Shown one piece after another: positions 6,462 to 15,300 of a DNA stretch of 15,356 bases. The position numbers were made by a program, and so were the translations under genes. The stretch is from a virus. Within the stretch, counting starts at the first letter, position 1, and every line of letters starts with the position of its first letter. Below the pieces are notes generated by a model. That model did not search any database. It worked only from the letters and a program-made list of their open reading frames with translations, and was not told the DNA's origin. Where the stretch lies: the UHGV virus genome UHGV-1950618. The stretch is one strand, 5' to 3'.

Positions 6462-9089
6462 TTAATACCCATAAGCAACATACTGTGCATATACTTTATC
6501 AGTAGAGCTACTTTTTACTGTAAAACCAGTGGCTGAGTTGTTGTATGTATAAAGAATTGCATTAACAGCATTCCCGCTATTAGGTGAAATCACAACTACC
6601 GCACACGCCTCAGGAAAAGCAGTCGGAAATTTAACTACGCTTCCTGGAGTAACAGCCGCTATAATCCCCCACTGCATCATCACCTTAGTTGATGTATCCT
6701 TATGCCATCCATGAATGTTGGCATATGCTGTGTTTTTAGCCTGATATTTCGTGTTGAAATTACTATAGTTACCAGGGGTAATCTGACCAGCGGCAGATAA
6801 ATTCCCCATAACCCTTACATGACCATCAGCACGTCCTAATTCTACGCGACCATCACCGCCATCTATCTTTAATGGAGTGTAAACGACATCACCATTAACA
6901 TTTTGCCCAGTGGTTGATATCTGGAAACTATATCCAGTATTAGTTATTAGGAATCCATAGTTATTATTATAAGTTAGGCGTATAGCATTTTGGCTGCTGG
7001 ATATAATTTCACCGGTAACAGTACCACCTGTTGTTGGTAACGCACCAACATGACTTGCCGTTAATGTGATATCTGCAGAACCATCAAACTTAACACCGTT
7101 GATTGTGCGGGCTGTTTGCAGTTTTGTAGCGGTTGCAGCATTACCTGTTGTGTTCTGGTTACCGGCAATGTTCACACCCGGCAGGTTGATATTGGCGCTG
7201 CCATCAAATGCCACCCCGCCGATTGTGCGTGCCGTCTGAAGTTTTGTTGCGGTTGCAGCATTACCGGTTGTGCTCTGATTACCTGTTTTATTAACGCCCG
7301 GCAGGTCGATATTGGCGGTGCCATCAAATGCCACCCCGCCGATCGTTCGGGCCATCTTGAGCTTTGTGGCAGTATCTGCGTTTCCCGTCAAATTACCTGT
7401 AATGCCACCACTAACTGTTACCCCATTACCGATGGACACCAACCCGGTTCTTAAATTTATAGCAAAAGGTCTTAATGGGCCGATGTCACCATTTTCTCCC
7501 TCACCTTCATTTGTCGGGATAAGATGAAGATATTCCTCGGATCTCCTGAAGATAAGGCCAAAGTCCTGGTTAAATATTCGAAGGGCATTTATTGTGCCAA
7601 TTTTTAGCTGCCCCCCCATTGTGTCGCCAGAACGCTGAACTGCGTTACCAGCTTGAGAAGCAATATCCGTTAAGCCAAGATCTTCAGGGGTCAGAGTAAT
7701 ATCTGCCGACCCATCAAATGCCACACCGTTAATCTTTCTGGCTGTTTTTAATTTCGTCGCAGTATCGGCGTTCCCGGTCAGCGTACCAGTGATCCCCGCG
7801 CTGAAAGTCTGGCGTGCACTCCAGGTATTAGCTGTGCTCAACAGGGGGAGCTTTTCTCCGCTGGTTCCGAGTTCTCTTAAACCAAGGTATTGGATAACAG
7901 CCAGTGTGCTTGTTTTAGCAAGAATATCGCGACCGACTGACGTTAAATCAGTCTGGGCTACAGTGTCTGTTCCGGTAAAGTACGGTAATTTATTTGCCCC
8001 CGTCGCCAGGTCAGCGAGCGCGGTTAAGGTTGCGTCGAGAGGCTGCTTACCTGCCAGGGCATTTGTCATTGTAGCCGCAAAGTTCGGGTCATTGCCCAGC
8101 GCCGCAGCAAGCTCATTAAGAGTATCAAGAGCTTCTGGTGATGAGCCGACCAATGCAGAAATAGCGGCACGAACATAAGCGGTTGTTGCAATCTGAGTGT
8201 TGTTCGTACCTTGTGACGCTGTAGGCGCTGTTGGCACCCCTGTAAATGCCGGGCTTAATAACGGTGCTTTAAGAGCTAAAGCAGCATTAATCGTCTGGCT
8301 AAACTGAGGATCATTGTTAATTGCATCTGCAATTTTTTTCAGCGTATCCAACGCTGAAGGAGAACCATCAATAAGGGCGGTTATTGCGGCCTGAACAAAG
8401 GCAGTGTTTGCGATTTGTGTACTGTTTGTACCTTGTTCCGGAGTTGGAGATTTAGGTATACCAATAAACTCCGGGCTATCAACCGGAGCTTTTAGTTTGT
8501 TTAACGTGCTGATAGCAAGAGGTGTTGCGGCTTTATATTCTTCGTCACTATCCAAAGCACTGGAAAACTCAACACCAACAGCACGATTAGCACGATATTC
8601 AGTGCTAATCATATCTGCGGTAACGGCTTGAGCATTGTCAGGCACGATCACGCGGCATAGCTCAATCTGGTTAGATGCTATTTCCTCATCAACGAGAGCA
8701 ATAATTCTCGCTGCGCTAATATCCGATGAGCTATCTACCTGGCTGGTTTTCACTCCATGTTCGTAATTAGCTTCAAGAACGATGATTGTCGTTACACCAG
8801 CTTCTACAGGAACAAGAACATCACTGACTTGCTGCACGGATATCTGACATTTACCCACGTCAATTGAAGCCGCCCCTCTTCCCTCTGTTTTCTCGGATGT
8901 AATACGCACAAACAGACCATCCCCTGGCACCGGTTCAAACCCACAGTACACTCCGGGCAGAACGATATTTTTCATCTTCCTGTTTAGAGCTTCGGTGCTA
9001 TACAGCTCAAAGTATTGCATGTCTGCAATTAGTGGAGCGGAAATGTCCGAAGATAAGGTGACAATATTCTTTACTTTATCTGCGCACAT
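6462..9089 (-). CDS. tail fibre protein (875 aa)
   Basis: Characteristic fibre repeats: two ~75-aa units (PxxSPxFxG.P..P....GTN.TQIA.TA.V.AAI.AL..SP.ALDTL...A.A..NDP.F) and four ~40-aa units (TGNA.TATKL.TAR.I.GV.FDGSA.I.L). ATG start 2 nt after the upstream stop. Followed by tfa. Confidence 0.9.
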   Translation of the reverse strand: MCADKVKNIVTLSSDISAPLIADMQYFELYSTEALNRKMKNIVLPGVYCGFEPVPGDGLFVRITSEKTEGRGAASIDVGKCQISVQQVSDVLVPVEAGVTTIIVLEANYEHGVKTSQVDSSSDISAARIIALVDEEIASNQIELCRVIVPDNAQAVTADMISTEYRANRAVGVEFSSALDSDEEYKAATPLAISTLNKLKAPVDSPEFIGIPKSPTPEQGTNSTQIANTAFVQAAITALIDGSPSALDTLKKIADAINNDPQFSQTINAALALKAPLLSPAFTGVPTAPTASQGTNNTQIATTAYVRAAISALVGSSPEALDTLNELAAALGNDPNFAATMTNALAGKQPLDATLTALADLATGANKLPYFTGTDTVAQTDLTSVGRDILAKTSTLAVIQYLGLRELGTSGEKLPLLSTANTWSARQTFSAGITGTLTGNADTATKLKTARKINGVAFDGSADITLTPEDLGLTDIASQAGNAVQRSGDTMGGQLKIGTINALRIFNQDFGLIFRRSEEYLHLIPTNEGEGENGDIGPLRPFAINLRTGLVSIGNGVTVSGGITGNLTGNADTATKLKMARTIGGVAFDGTANIDLPGVNKTGNQSTTGNAATATKLQTARTIGGVAFDGSANINLPGVNIAGNQNTTGNAATATKLQTARTINGVKFDGSADITLTASHVGALPTTGGTVTGEIISSSQNAIRLTYNNNYGFLITNTGYSFQISTTGQNVNGDVVYTPLKIDGGDGRVELGRADGHVRVMGNLSAAGQITPGNYSNFNTKYQAKNTAYANIHGWHKDTSTKVMMQWGIIAAVTPGSVVKFPTAFPEACAVVVISPNSGNAVNAILYTYNNSATGFTVKSSSTDKVYAQYVAYGY
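7050..7440 (-). repeat. three tandem ~120-nt coding repeats inside the tail fibre gene, plus a fourth dispersed copy at ~7680-7799
   Basis: Near-identical DNA units are visible at ~7081-7200, 7201-7320 and 7321-7440. GVAFDG is encoded at 7320-7337 and again at 7710-7727 (checked by reverse-complement translation). Confidence 0.85.
8040..8495 (-). repeat. two consecutive ~75-aa fibre repeats (coding)
   Basis: aa ~199-272 and 273-350 of the fibre share the same motif order; the corresponding DNA at ~8161-8280 and ~8341-8460 is visibly similar. Confidence 0.7.
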
Positions 9090-9091
9090 AA

Positions 9092-9538
9092 TTATCCCTC
9101 GACCTGTTCAATGGTCATGAGCAAGCTGTATCGCTTACCTTTGAATAAGGTGTCCTGTTGAGTACAAACAACCCCAAAAGCCTGATCCTCTGCATCTACG
9201 AGAACCAGCGTATTGAAATCGTAAGGTGTATCGTCCGGCATCGTTTCTTGTGGAAAAGCGGCATTAATCGTAATGACACCATCGAGGCTGGAAAGAATGA
9301 GATTGGATTCAGCAAAATGCTGTGCATCACTTAACTTGAAGTCGAGCGGAATATCAGAAATAGTCCAGCCACCAGCACTATTTACCGTCACAAGATCGGA
9401 CTTGCACCAATAAGCCTTTGTCATAACAAAACGCTCACCCCTGCCGATTGCAGACTCTGCACGGCGAGAGTAGTAGTAAGAAAGGAGTTGCGCCTTGTAA
9501 ATACTTGAATCGCTTTGGGATTTTAAAGTTTCAGCCAT
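9092..9538 (-). CDS. 148-aa tail protein of unknown function immediately upstream of the fibre (P1 R-like by position only)
   Basis: ATG start; its stop is 2 nt before the fibre start codon (coupled). No recognisable motif. Confidence 0.5.
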   Translation of the reverse strand: MAETLKSQSDSSIYKAQLLSYYYSRRAESAIGRGERFVMTKAYWCKSDLVTVNSAGGWTISDIPLDFKLSDAQHFAESNLILSSLDGVITINAAFPQETMPDDTPYDFNTLVLVDAEDQAFGVVCTQQDTLFKGKRYSLLMTIEQVEG

Positions 9539-9623
9539 ACGAACATAGCCCCTTTAACAAGCAATAAATCGAAGGGCAGTATGTTCAGTTTGTGATTTCC
9601 AGTGGTCTTTTGTTTTGAGAAAT

Positions 9624-9647
9624 GGCCCCACCCAGGTTGGTGGGGCC
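9624..9647 (-). promoter_or_regulatory. strong intercistronic stem-loop inside the tail operon
   Basis: Perfect 9-bp GC-rich stem GGCCCCACC/GGTGGGGCC with 6-nt loop, 8 nt after the stop of the 280-aa gene and 86 nt before the next start. The minus-strand downstream sequence AUUUCUCAAAACAAAAG is only partly U-rich, so a partial terminator or mRNA processing/stability element is more likely than a full terminator. Confidence 0.5.
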
Positions 9648-9654
9648 TGGTTTG

Positions 9655-10497
9655 CTAAGGTGCAAAATTATAATCCAGCGCCCAGGCGTCGAGCGGGAGT
9701 TCATCGAGATGAAGCACTCTTTCCGTCGTCCGGTCTGGCCTTCCTGCGAACTGGATGCCGTCTAATTGAATGATCGTATCGCTAATAGATAGTTCATCGA
9801 CCATCTCTTGCGTCGTGTACACCCCCTCAATAAAGGACACTTCCGCAGATAAGCAATTCAGGATCTCCGCCATTTCCGGCAATGTTGCGCTCAACTGGAA
9901 AGAAACACCATCAAACACGATATGCAATGGCAATAGCGGCGCTATAACCGTATCAAAATCAGCAAGTAGCTTCTGTACAGCAACGTCTCTGTCATCGCTA
10001 TCATAAGCTCGATACAGCTTATTTTGGTTGACGACAACCAGCCCTCTGGATGTCAGGAAAAACTCACCATATTGTGCCTGAGCAGTCGGTATTTCATTTG
10101 CAGTCGCGAAGAATGAACCATAGGGATGTTTTTCTGTATCGACAGGCGCATACAAAGGTTCCCATGAGACGGGGATTGTGCCAAATTCACGCCAGAACGT
10201 TTGCTCTATCGGCCTTACTGTTCCTTTGAAGTGCACCTCATCCAGTCGTTGAGCTAATAGCATTGGCCTGCGTGTTTTGTCCGTTTCTGTGATAACAAAG
10301 AAACGACCATATTCAGCAATGCGAGTGTCCATATCCTCGCTTGCCATTGTGAAAAACGATTTACGGTTGCTTATTCGCGTGAGAATAGGTTCAACCGATT
10401 CATTCCACACGTCCTGAATCGTATCAACAAAGGTGGCCCACAATTTAGAATCCTGTTTAAATTGCGTCAGACGCTCTTTTAGCCAGTTATTCTGCAT
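9655..10497 (-). CDS. 280-aa baseplate/tail protein (gpI-like by position)
   Basis: ATG preceded by GAGGT that overlaps the upstream TAA (coupled); sits between the J-like gene and the fibre-proximal genes, as in W-J-I-H-G modules. Confidence 0.45.
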   Translation of the reverse strand: MQNNWLKERLTQFKQDSKLWATFVDTIQDVWNESVEPILTRISNRKSFFTMASEDMDTRIAEYGRFFVITETDKTRRPMLLAQRLDEVHFKGTVRPIEQTFWREFGTIPVSWEPLYAPVDTEKHPYGSFFATANEIPTAQAQYGEFFLTSRGLVVVNQNKLYRAYDSDDRDVAVQKLLADFDTVIAPLLPLHIVFDGVSFQLSATLPEMAEILNCLSAEVSFIEGVYTTQEMVDELSISDTIIQLDGIQFAGRPDRTTERVLHLDELPLDAWALDYNFAP

Positions 10498-10506
10498 TGT
10501 GACCTC

Positions 10507-11937
10507 TTACGGATAGGTTATGCTGAACGTTGATGATTCCACGTCCAGATAAACAAAATCATTAAAGTACACTGCTTCTTTCATGTTCTGCGTAGCCACG
10601 TCATAAGACAGGAACATATCCAGCGATTCGATTACTCGCCAGATATCTTTTACTTTGACCTGTGCATAACATTGCTGTGAGTCGTCATCACTCTGCAATA
10701 GCTGGTTAAATGACATGGAGTCTTTACCGAAGTTCTCCTCCAGTGCCGCTTTAATTGCAGTTAGCGCGTCATCCACCAGCACACTCTTTTTTACGATACC
10801 GGTAAATTTGATGTTGAACGGCTGTTCATTGGTGGCGACGTATTCGAACTTCTTATTCAGCTCATTAGGGATACTCTCAAGGGCTGATAATATCTCTGTT
10901 TTCAGAGCTTCCTGTGTTACGCCGGGCTTATGCCCACAAAAGAAAATTTTGTTGATATTACGCACATCAAAGCCCGTTATTTTCTCCTGTAGCGCCTCCC
11001 CCCACACGTTAAGCCATGACGTGCCACTGACCACGTTCTGAATGAACTGGCGGTAATCACCGCCCCAAACAACCTGCTCATCGTAGGCCACATAATACTG
11101 CGCCCTGTTTCGGGTTTCCTCGGTAGTTTCCATGCCACCACCGCCAGAAATGATCGAATCGGTTTTTACTTCCAGTGATTCGACATACCCGGAGATGTTC
11201 CCTGCTGGTTCAAGTTTCTGGCCTTCAGCCAGCGTGTAATCACCGAGGCTTGCCATAATGTCAATGCGTACCTGACTCCCTGCCGCTGGCATCATCCCCA
11301 TTGATCCATCACCGAAGCGCACGCCGATCTGTTCTGTCGGCTTATAAACCAACACATAATGTTTACTGTTATCCCTGGACATGCGGAACAGGGGGTTATG
11401 TGTCCATTTTTCCTCGACACCATTAGTTATCACGACAACTTCCAGGCTGGCGACTTCTGCTGTTAACTCACGGGAAAGTAACAGCGTCAAGAATGGTGTT
11501 TCTTGCACCACGTCGAACGTTACGCTGACTGCTTCATGCTGTTTTACTTCTATGCCGGGTACTGTTTCACCAGCAGGGATAACAACACTACTGCTGGTTG
11601 CAATTGGTGTCTGGTCACTTGTCAGTAATTCAGCCCCTCCGGGTAGAGTAATATCCCTGTCGGTTTTGTTGGTGATGGAAACAGTGCCGTATGACGCATC
11701 GACCAAACGACCGACATAGCCACGGTCTTCCGCTGCCGCGAGAATACTTGCTCTACGCGTCGCGGTGGAAATGAATCCTTCTGTAAGTGCACGGCTTGCA
11801 AATGTACGCGCAATATAAACAATCTGCGCGCCCAAAACGGACTGCATTTGAATAAACTGGCTGTTTACAAATCGCGCCCACCAGGGGTTTTCGTTCAGCT
11901 TGGCATTAAACTTGTCCAGTAATTCGGTAATACTCAC
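10507..11937 (-). CDS. 476-aa baseplate J-like protein (gpJ / T4 gp6 family, by synteny)
   Basis: GTG start in a GTGA overlap with the stop of the gpW-like gene, GGAG 7 nt upstream. Position immediately after a gpW/gp25-like gene. No motif verified by eye. Confidence 0.5.
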   Translation of the reverse strand: MSITELLDKFNAKLNENPWWARFVNSQFIQMQSVLGAQIVYIARTFASRALTEGFISTATRRASILAAAEDRGYVGRLVDASYGTVSITNKTDRDITLPGGAELLTSDQTPIATSSSVVIPAGETVPGIEVKQHEAVSVTFDVVQETPFLTLLLSRELTAEVASLEVVVITNGVEEKWTHNPLFRMSRDNSKHYVLVYKPTEQIGVRFGDGSMGMMPAAGSQVRIDIMASLGDYTLAEGQKLEPAGNISGYVESLEVKTDSIISGGGGMETTEETRNRAQYYVAYDEQVVWGGDYRQFIQNVVSGTSWLNVWGEALQEKITGFDVRNINKIFFCGHKPGVTQEALKTEILSALESIPNELNKKFEYVATNEQPFNIKFTGIVKKSVLVDDALTAIKAALEENFGKDSMSFNQLLQSDDDSQQCYAQVKVKDIWRVIESLDMFLSYDVATQNMKEAVYFNDFVYLDVESSTFSITYP

Positions 11938-12308
11938 GCTGTATCTCCGCTATCTTTCTGCATAACAACATTCACGGTGCCTCCTTTTGCCTGGAAGCTA
12001 ATTAGTAACTGGTCTTCAGAGACAGTCGCGCAGCGGATCGCCTGGAGTCCAAGCCCTGGTAAGTCCTGCTGTAGCTTCGTCATCATTCGCGCTTCAATCG
12101 CCACTTCAACAATGTGTGACGTATCAGAACCGAAGGGTTCGTGTTTGAACTCCTCCATCGGATTCCCCCATGACGGCAATCCGTAAACGCTGCCATTTGG
12201 TGTCCGTAGCCATTCATCGAGTCGGGCTATCCAGGCGTTTGTGTCGCCTTCAGCGATCACCACCCCGCTCTCGTTTGTCTGAAGGCGGGCATCAATCTCA
12301 TAAAGCAT
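11934..12308 (-). CDS. baseplate wedge protein, GPW/gp25 family (124 aa)
   Basis: Residues 33-50 WLRTPNGSVYGLPSWGNP parallel, from memory, the P2 gpW core ILRTPVGSRVMRRDYGSL (shared LRTP.GS and spaced Gly). The start is 5 nt after the tape-measure stop, with GGAGG upstream. Confidence 0.6.
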   Translation of the reverse strand: MLYEIDARLQTNESGVVIAEGDTNAWIARLDEWLRTPNGSVYGLPSWGNPMEEFKHEPFGSDTSHIVEVAIEARMMTKLQQDLPGLGLQAIRCATVSEDQLLISFQAKGGTVNVVMQKDSGDTA

Positions 12309-12313
12309 CGGTC

Positions 12314-15300
12314 TTAATCCTCCAGTAATTTGTCAAGAGATGGGTCATTGATAGTCGTGCTGGCACGCTGACGAGGTTGTGGTTGTGATGTGTTCACAAC
12401 TTTGTCCTGATCGCCTTTTCGGTTGTCTTTGCTTACGCCAAGAATCTCTTTGAGAACGGAATAAACGTTCTCCAGTGCTTTCAACATAGCCGGATCGTTA
12501 TTTGCGGTATCTGTTGTTAGCATCTGCCTTATTCCGCTTCGTGCGAGGTCCGTGACGATTGGTAGCTGCGGAGGCATTGCAAGGAACGGTTCTTTAGCAG
12601 CCACGCCCGAAGCAAACAGGCTTTGATTGATTGCGCCAGTTGTGTCCCTGATCGTATCCGCCGTTTTCTGTATGCCACCATTCAGCCAACCGCCAACACT
12701 CCTTGTTAACGGACTAATAGCGCGAGCAACATCGGTATTCTGTCCAGAGGACTGCAATACAAAGTCATTTAACATTCCGGTGCTATCAATACCGCCCACA
12801 AGTCGCGAGAGGTTATCTCCAACGGCGGGGAGGACGGCGGAGCCTACCTGGTTAAGCCCTGACACAGTTGAATCAAATAGCGAGCCAAAGAAGCCCCTGT
12901 CCTCACCTTCAACCACCTTGTAGCCGTTGTCGTACATCTGCACACCCGCCGGTGTCGATGTGGCACGCTTCTCGCTGATGGTTGCCGGACTCTCCGGAAG
13001 CAGGCCAATGGTTTCTGTATCGCGGTTAACGTTGCGCTTTTGCTGTATAGCCGTAGTGATATCGGCGATCTGTTCCGCCTTCTGGAAACTAAAGTTTTTG
13101 CCCGTTGCTCTGGATATTTTTTCAACAAGAAACTTATCCAATTGCTTGGCTTTTGCTGCTAACGAGGACATCTCTTCCGGAGAACTGACAGGGCCGAGAT
13201 TTAGCCCCATATTGGGATCTCCCCCAACTATCCCGGCGATGACGCCCCCAACACCGTCTGCACTCATTAACCGCTCCGTCAATCCGGCTGCGGCGGAAGA
13301 ATTGCCACTAGCTTTCGCGTGGCTGATCGCCTGGGCATTTTCCTGTTGAGCTGCCTTCGGTTTTTTAGCTGCCTGTGCGTGTTGAACCACGTCAGTAGGG
13401 CTAGGCATTACAGCCTGGGCTACGCTTGACGCAGGAATAGCAGAAGATGAGCCGTTGGCGTATTTGACTTTGCTACCGACACTATATTGGGAGTTGCGAG
13501 CGATTAGAGGACCGCCCTTTTCCTTCTGGATTTTATTAATGTGTTCCAGCGTTTCATCATTGAATTGCCCTTCCCAACGCCCAGTTTTAGCGTTGAATGA
13601 ACCAAGAGCTGTTTTGATGAAATTGTTGTTAACCGCCGGGTTACCCCCCTCCTTCGTCGCAATGGCGCGAACAAGGTGCGTCATAACTTCAGGGTTGCTA
13701 ACGTCTATTTTATCGTTGGGGGATACCCCGAGATATTTGCTGACGTTTTCAATGTACTGATTGGTGTTGTTCTCTGTTGGTGGTGCCCATTTTGAAATGA
13801 TGCTGGATACTGTTTGCAGCTTCTGATACCCGGCGGCAGCACTTGTACCGTTGTAATAACTCGATACCTGGTTTGCCAATGCCCGAATCCCTTCTTCGGG
13901 CGTATTAAACCGCGCAAAACGCTGTTCGCCTTTCGCGTTCGGCGCTTCCAGTACCGCCCCCTCCTGATTTGCAAAAACCAGGTTCCCCAGGTTGTTATTC
14001 CGGTAATTCCTGTTCTTGGCGTTGCTTCCGCCTATATTCAGATCAGCCGTTATTGTATTTTTTTCAGGCGCTTTAAATTCGTCTGGCGATTTGTAGCCGT
14101 GTTCACCCACGCCATCCTCACCTCTGCGCCCGCCCTGTAGCTGTCGGGCCAGATCATTAATTGCGGCTACCGTTTGCTTGGTGCCATCTTCAACGGCTTT
14201 CTTAACCTGCGCAGTGCCTTCGCTGCTTGATGAGAACGATTCTTTTAGGCTGCTGAATGCGTTCTTCGACGCGTCGATAGAACTATTTATGCCGCGAGCG
14301 ATATTGCTGGTATCAAGACTCTGAAGTTTTTGTCCGACACCTTCAAAGCCTAGCGCGGACATCCCCTCGCCAATGAGGTTAGCCGCTCCCGTCACCAGAC
14401 CGCCCATATCCAGGACGTTAGCAGCGGCGTAGGCGCTCTTTTGCTGTGTTGTAACGTCCTGCCCTTCCTTCAGGTTATAAGTCGCCCTCTGCGCTTCTGT
14501 GTCGCTGTAGCCGTCTACGGCATCATAACCAACCATAGCCACCTGGCCGATGACTGGAATCGCCCTGAATCCGGCCCTTGCGGCAACACCTCCGGCAGCT
14601 TTGAGAGCCACTTTTCCAGCTTCTTTTTTCGCGATGGTTTCACCAGTGGCAACGGCAACCTTACCCGCCTCTTTCCTGGTAAGGCTTTCCCCAGCGAAAG
14701 TTGCCGCTTTACCAGCGTCTTTCCCTGCCGCTCCACCAGTCACCGTTTTGGCTACACTTTCTTCAGTGACCTTACCTGCTCTGGTTTTAACTGAAGATTT
14801 ATCACCCGATGATTTTGGTGAGGTACTACCCTCGTTCCCACCAGCATTTTTTGTCCGATTTTTTTCCTCGCCCGCACTGTTGTTTTTGCCTGGCTGATTT
14901 TTTTTCCCCTCTTTGCCTTCCTGACTCCTGCCCGTCTCAGTAGGTTTGCTGGTGTTTTTTCCCTTCTTGCCCTTGTTTTCTTTACTGTCTCCAGTGCGGC
15001 CCGTGTTGCCACCACGTGCACTGCTACGACCGCGTGTAGGGGATATTTTGGTACGTAATCCGCCACCGCCGAGGAGGTCGCTCAGTTTTAGCCCACTCTC
15101 CTGCGACTTTCGTAGTTTCCGGATCTCTTCGGATACAGTTTCCAGCTCATCAATTATCTGGCTGTCGTTGCGTTGAAGAACTTTCGTTTGTTCTTCGATC
15201 GCACGTACAGATTTTTCTTTAACGGCTTCAGTAAATGCCTTTGCTGAACCGGGCGCGTTATCTGGAGTCTTCCTTTCATTGTCAGGTGCCGGGTAAGTAA

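Noticed and set aside
7116-7454. 112-aa plus-strand Cys-rich repetitive ORF
   Set aside because: Antisense shadow of the tandem tail-fibre repeats; its repetitiveness mirrors the coding repeats on the minus strand and it has no ribosome-binding site.
7050-8495. Possible CRISPR-like or satellite repeat array
   Set aside because: The repeats are in frame and protein-coding (tail fibre repeats), with no short direct repeats separated by unique spacers.
9770-14140. Various 60-140-aa ORFs on the plus strand or in alternative minus frames inside the baseplate and tape-measure genes
   Set aside because: Overlap long, coupled minus-strand genes; no independent start signals.
14752-15066. 104-aa minus-strand ORF from the track, upstream of the 809-aa ORF
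   Set aside because: It is in a different frame and lies entirely inside the continuous reading frame of the large tape-measure-like gene, which has no in-frame stop from 12314 to the window edge.
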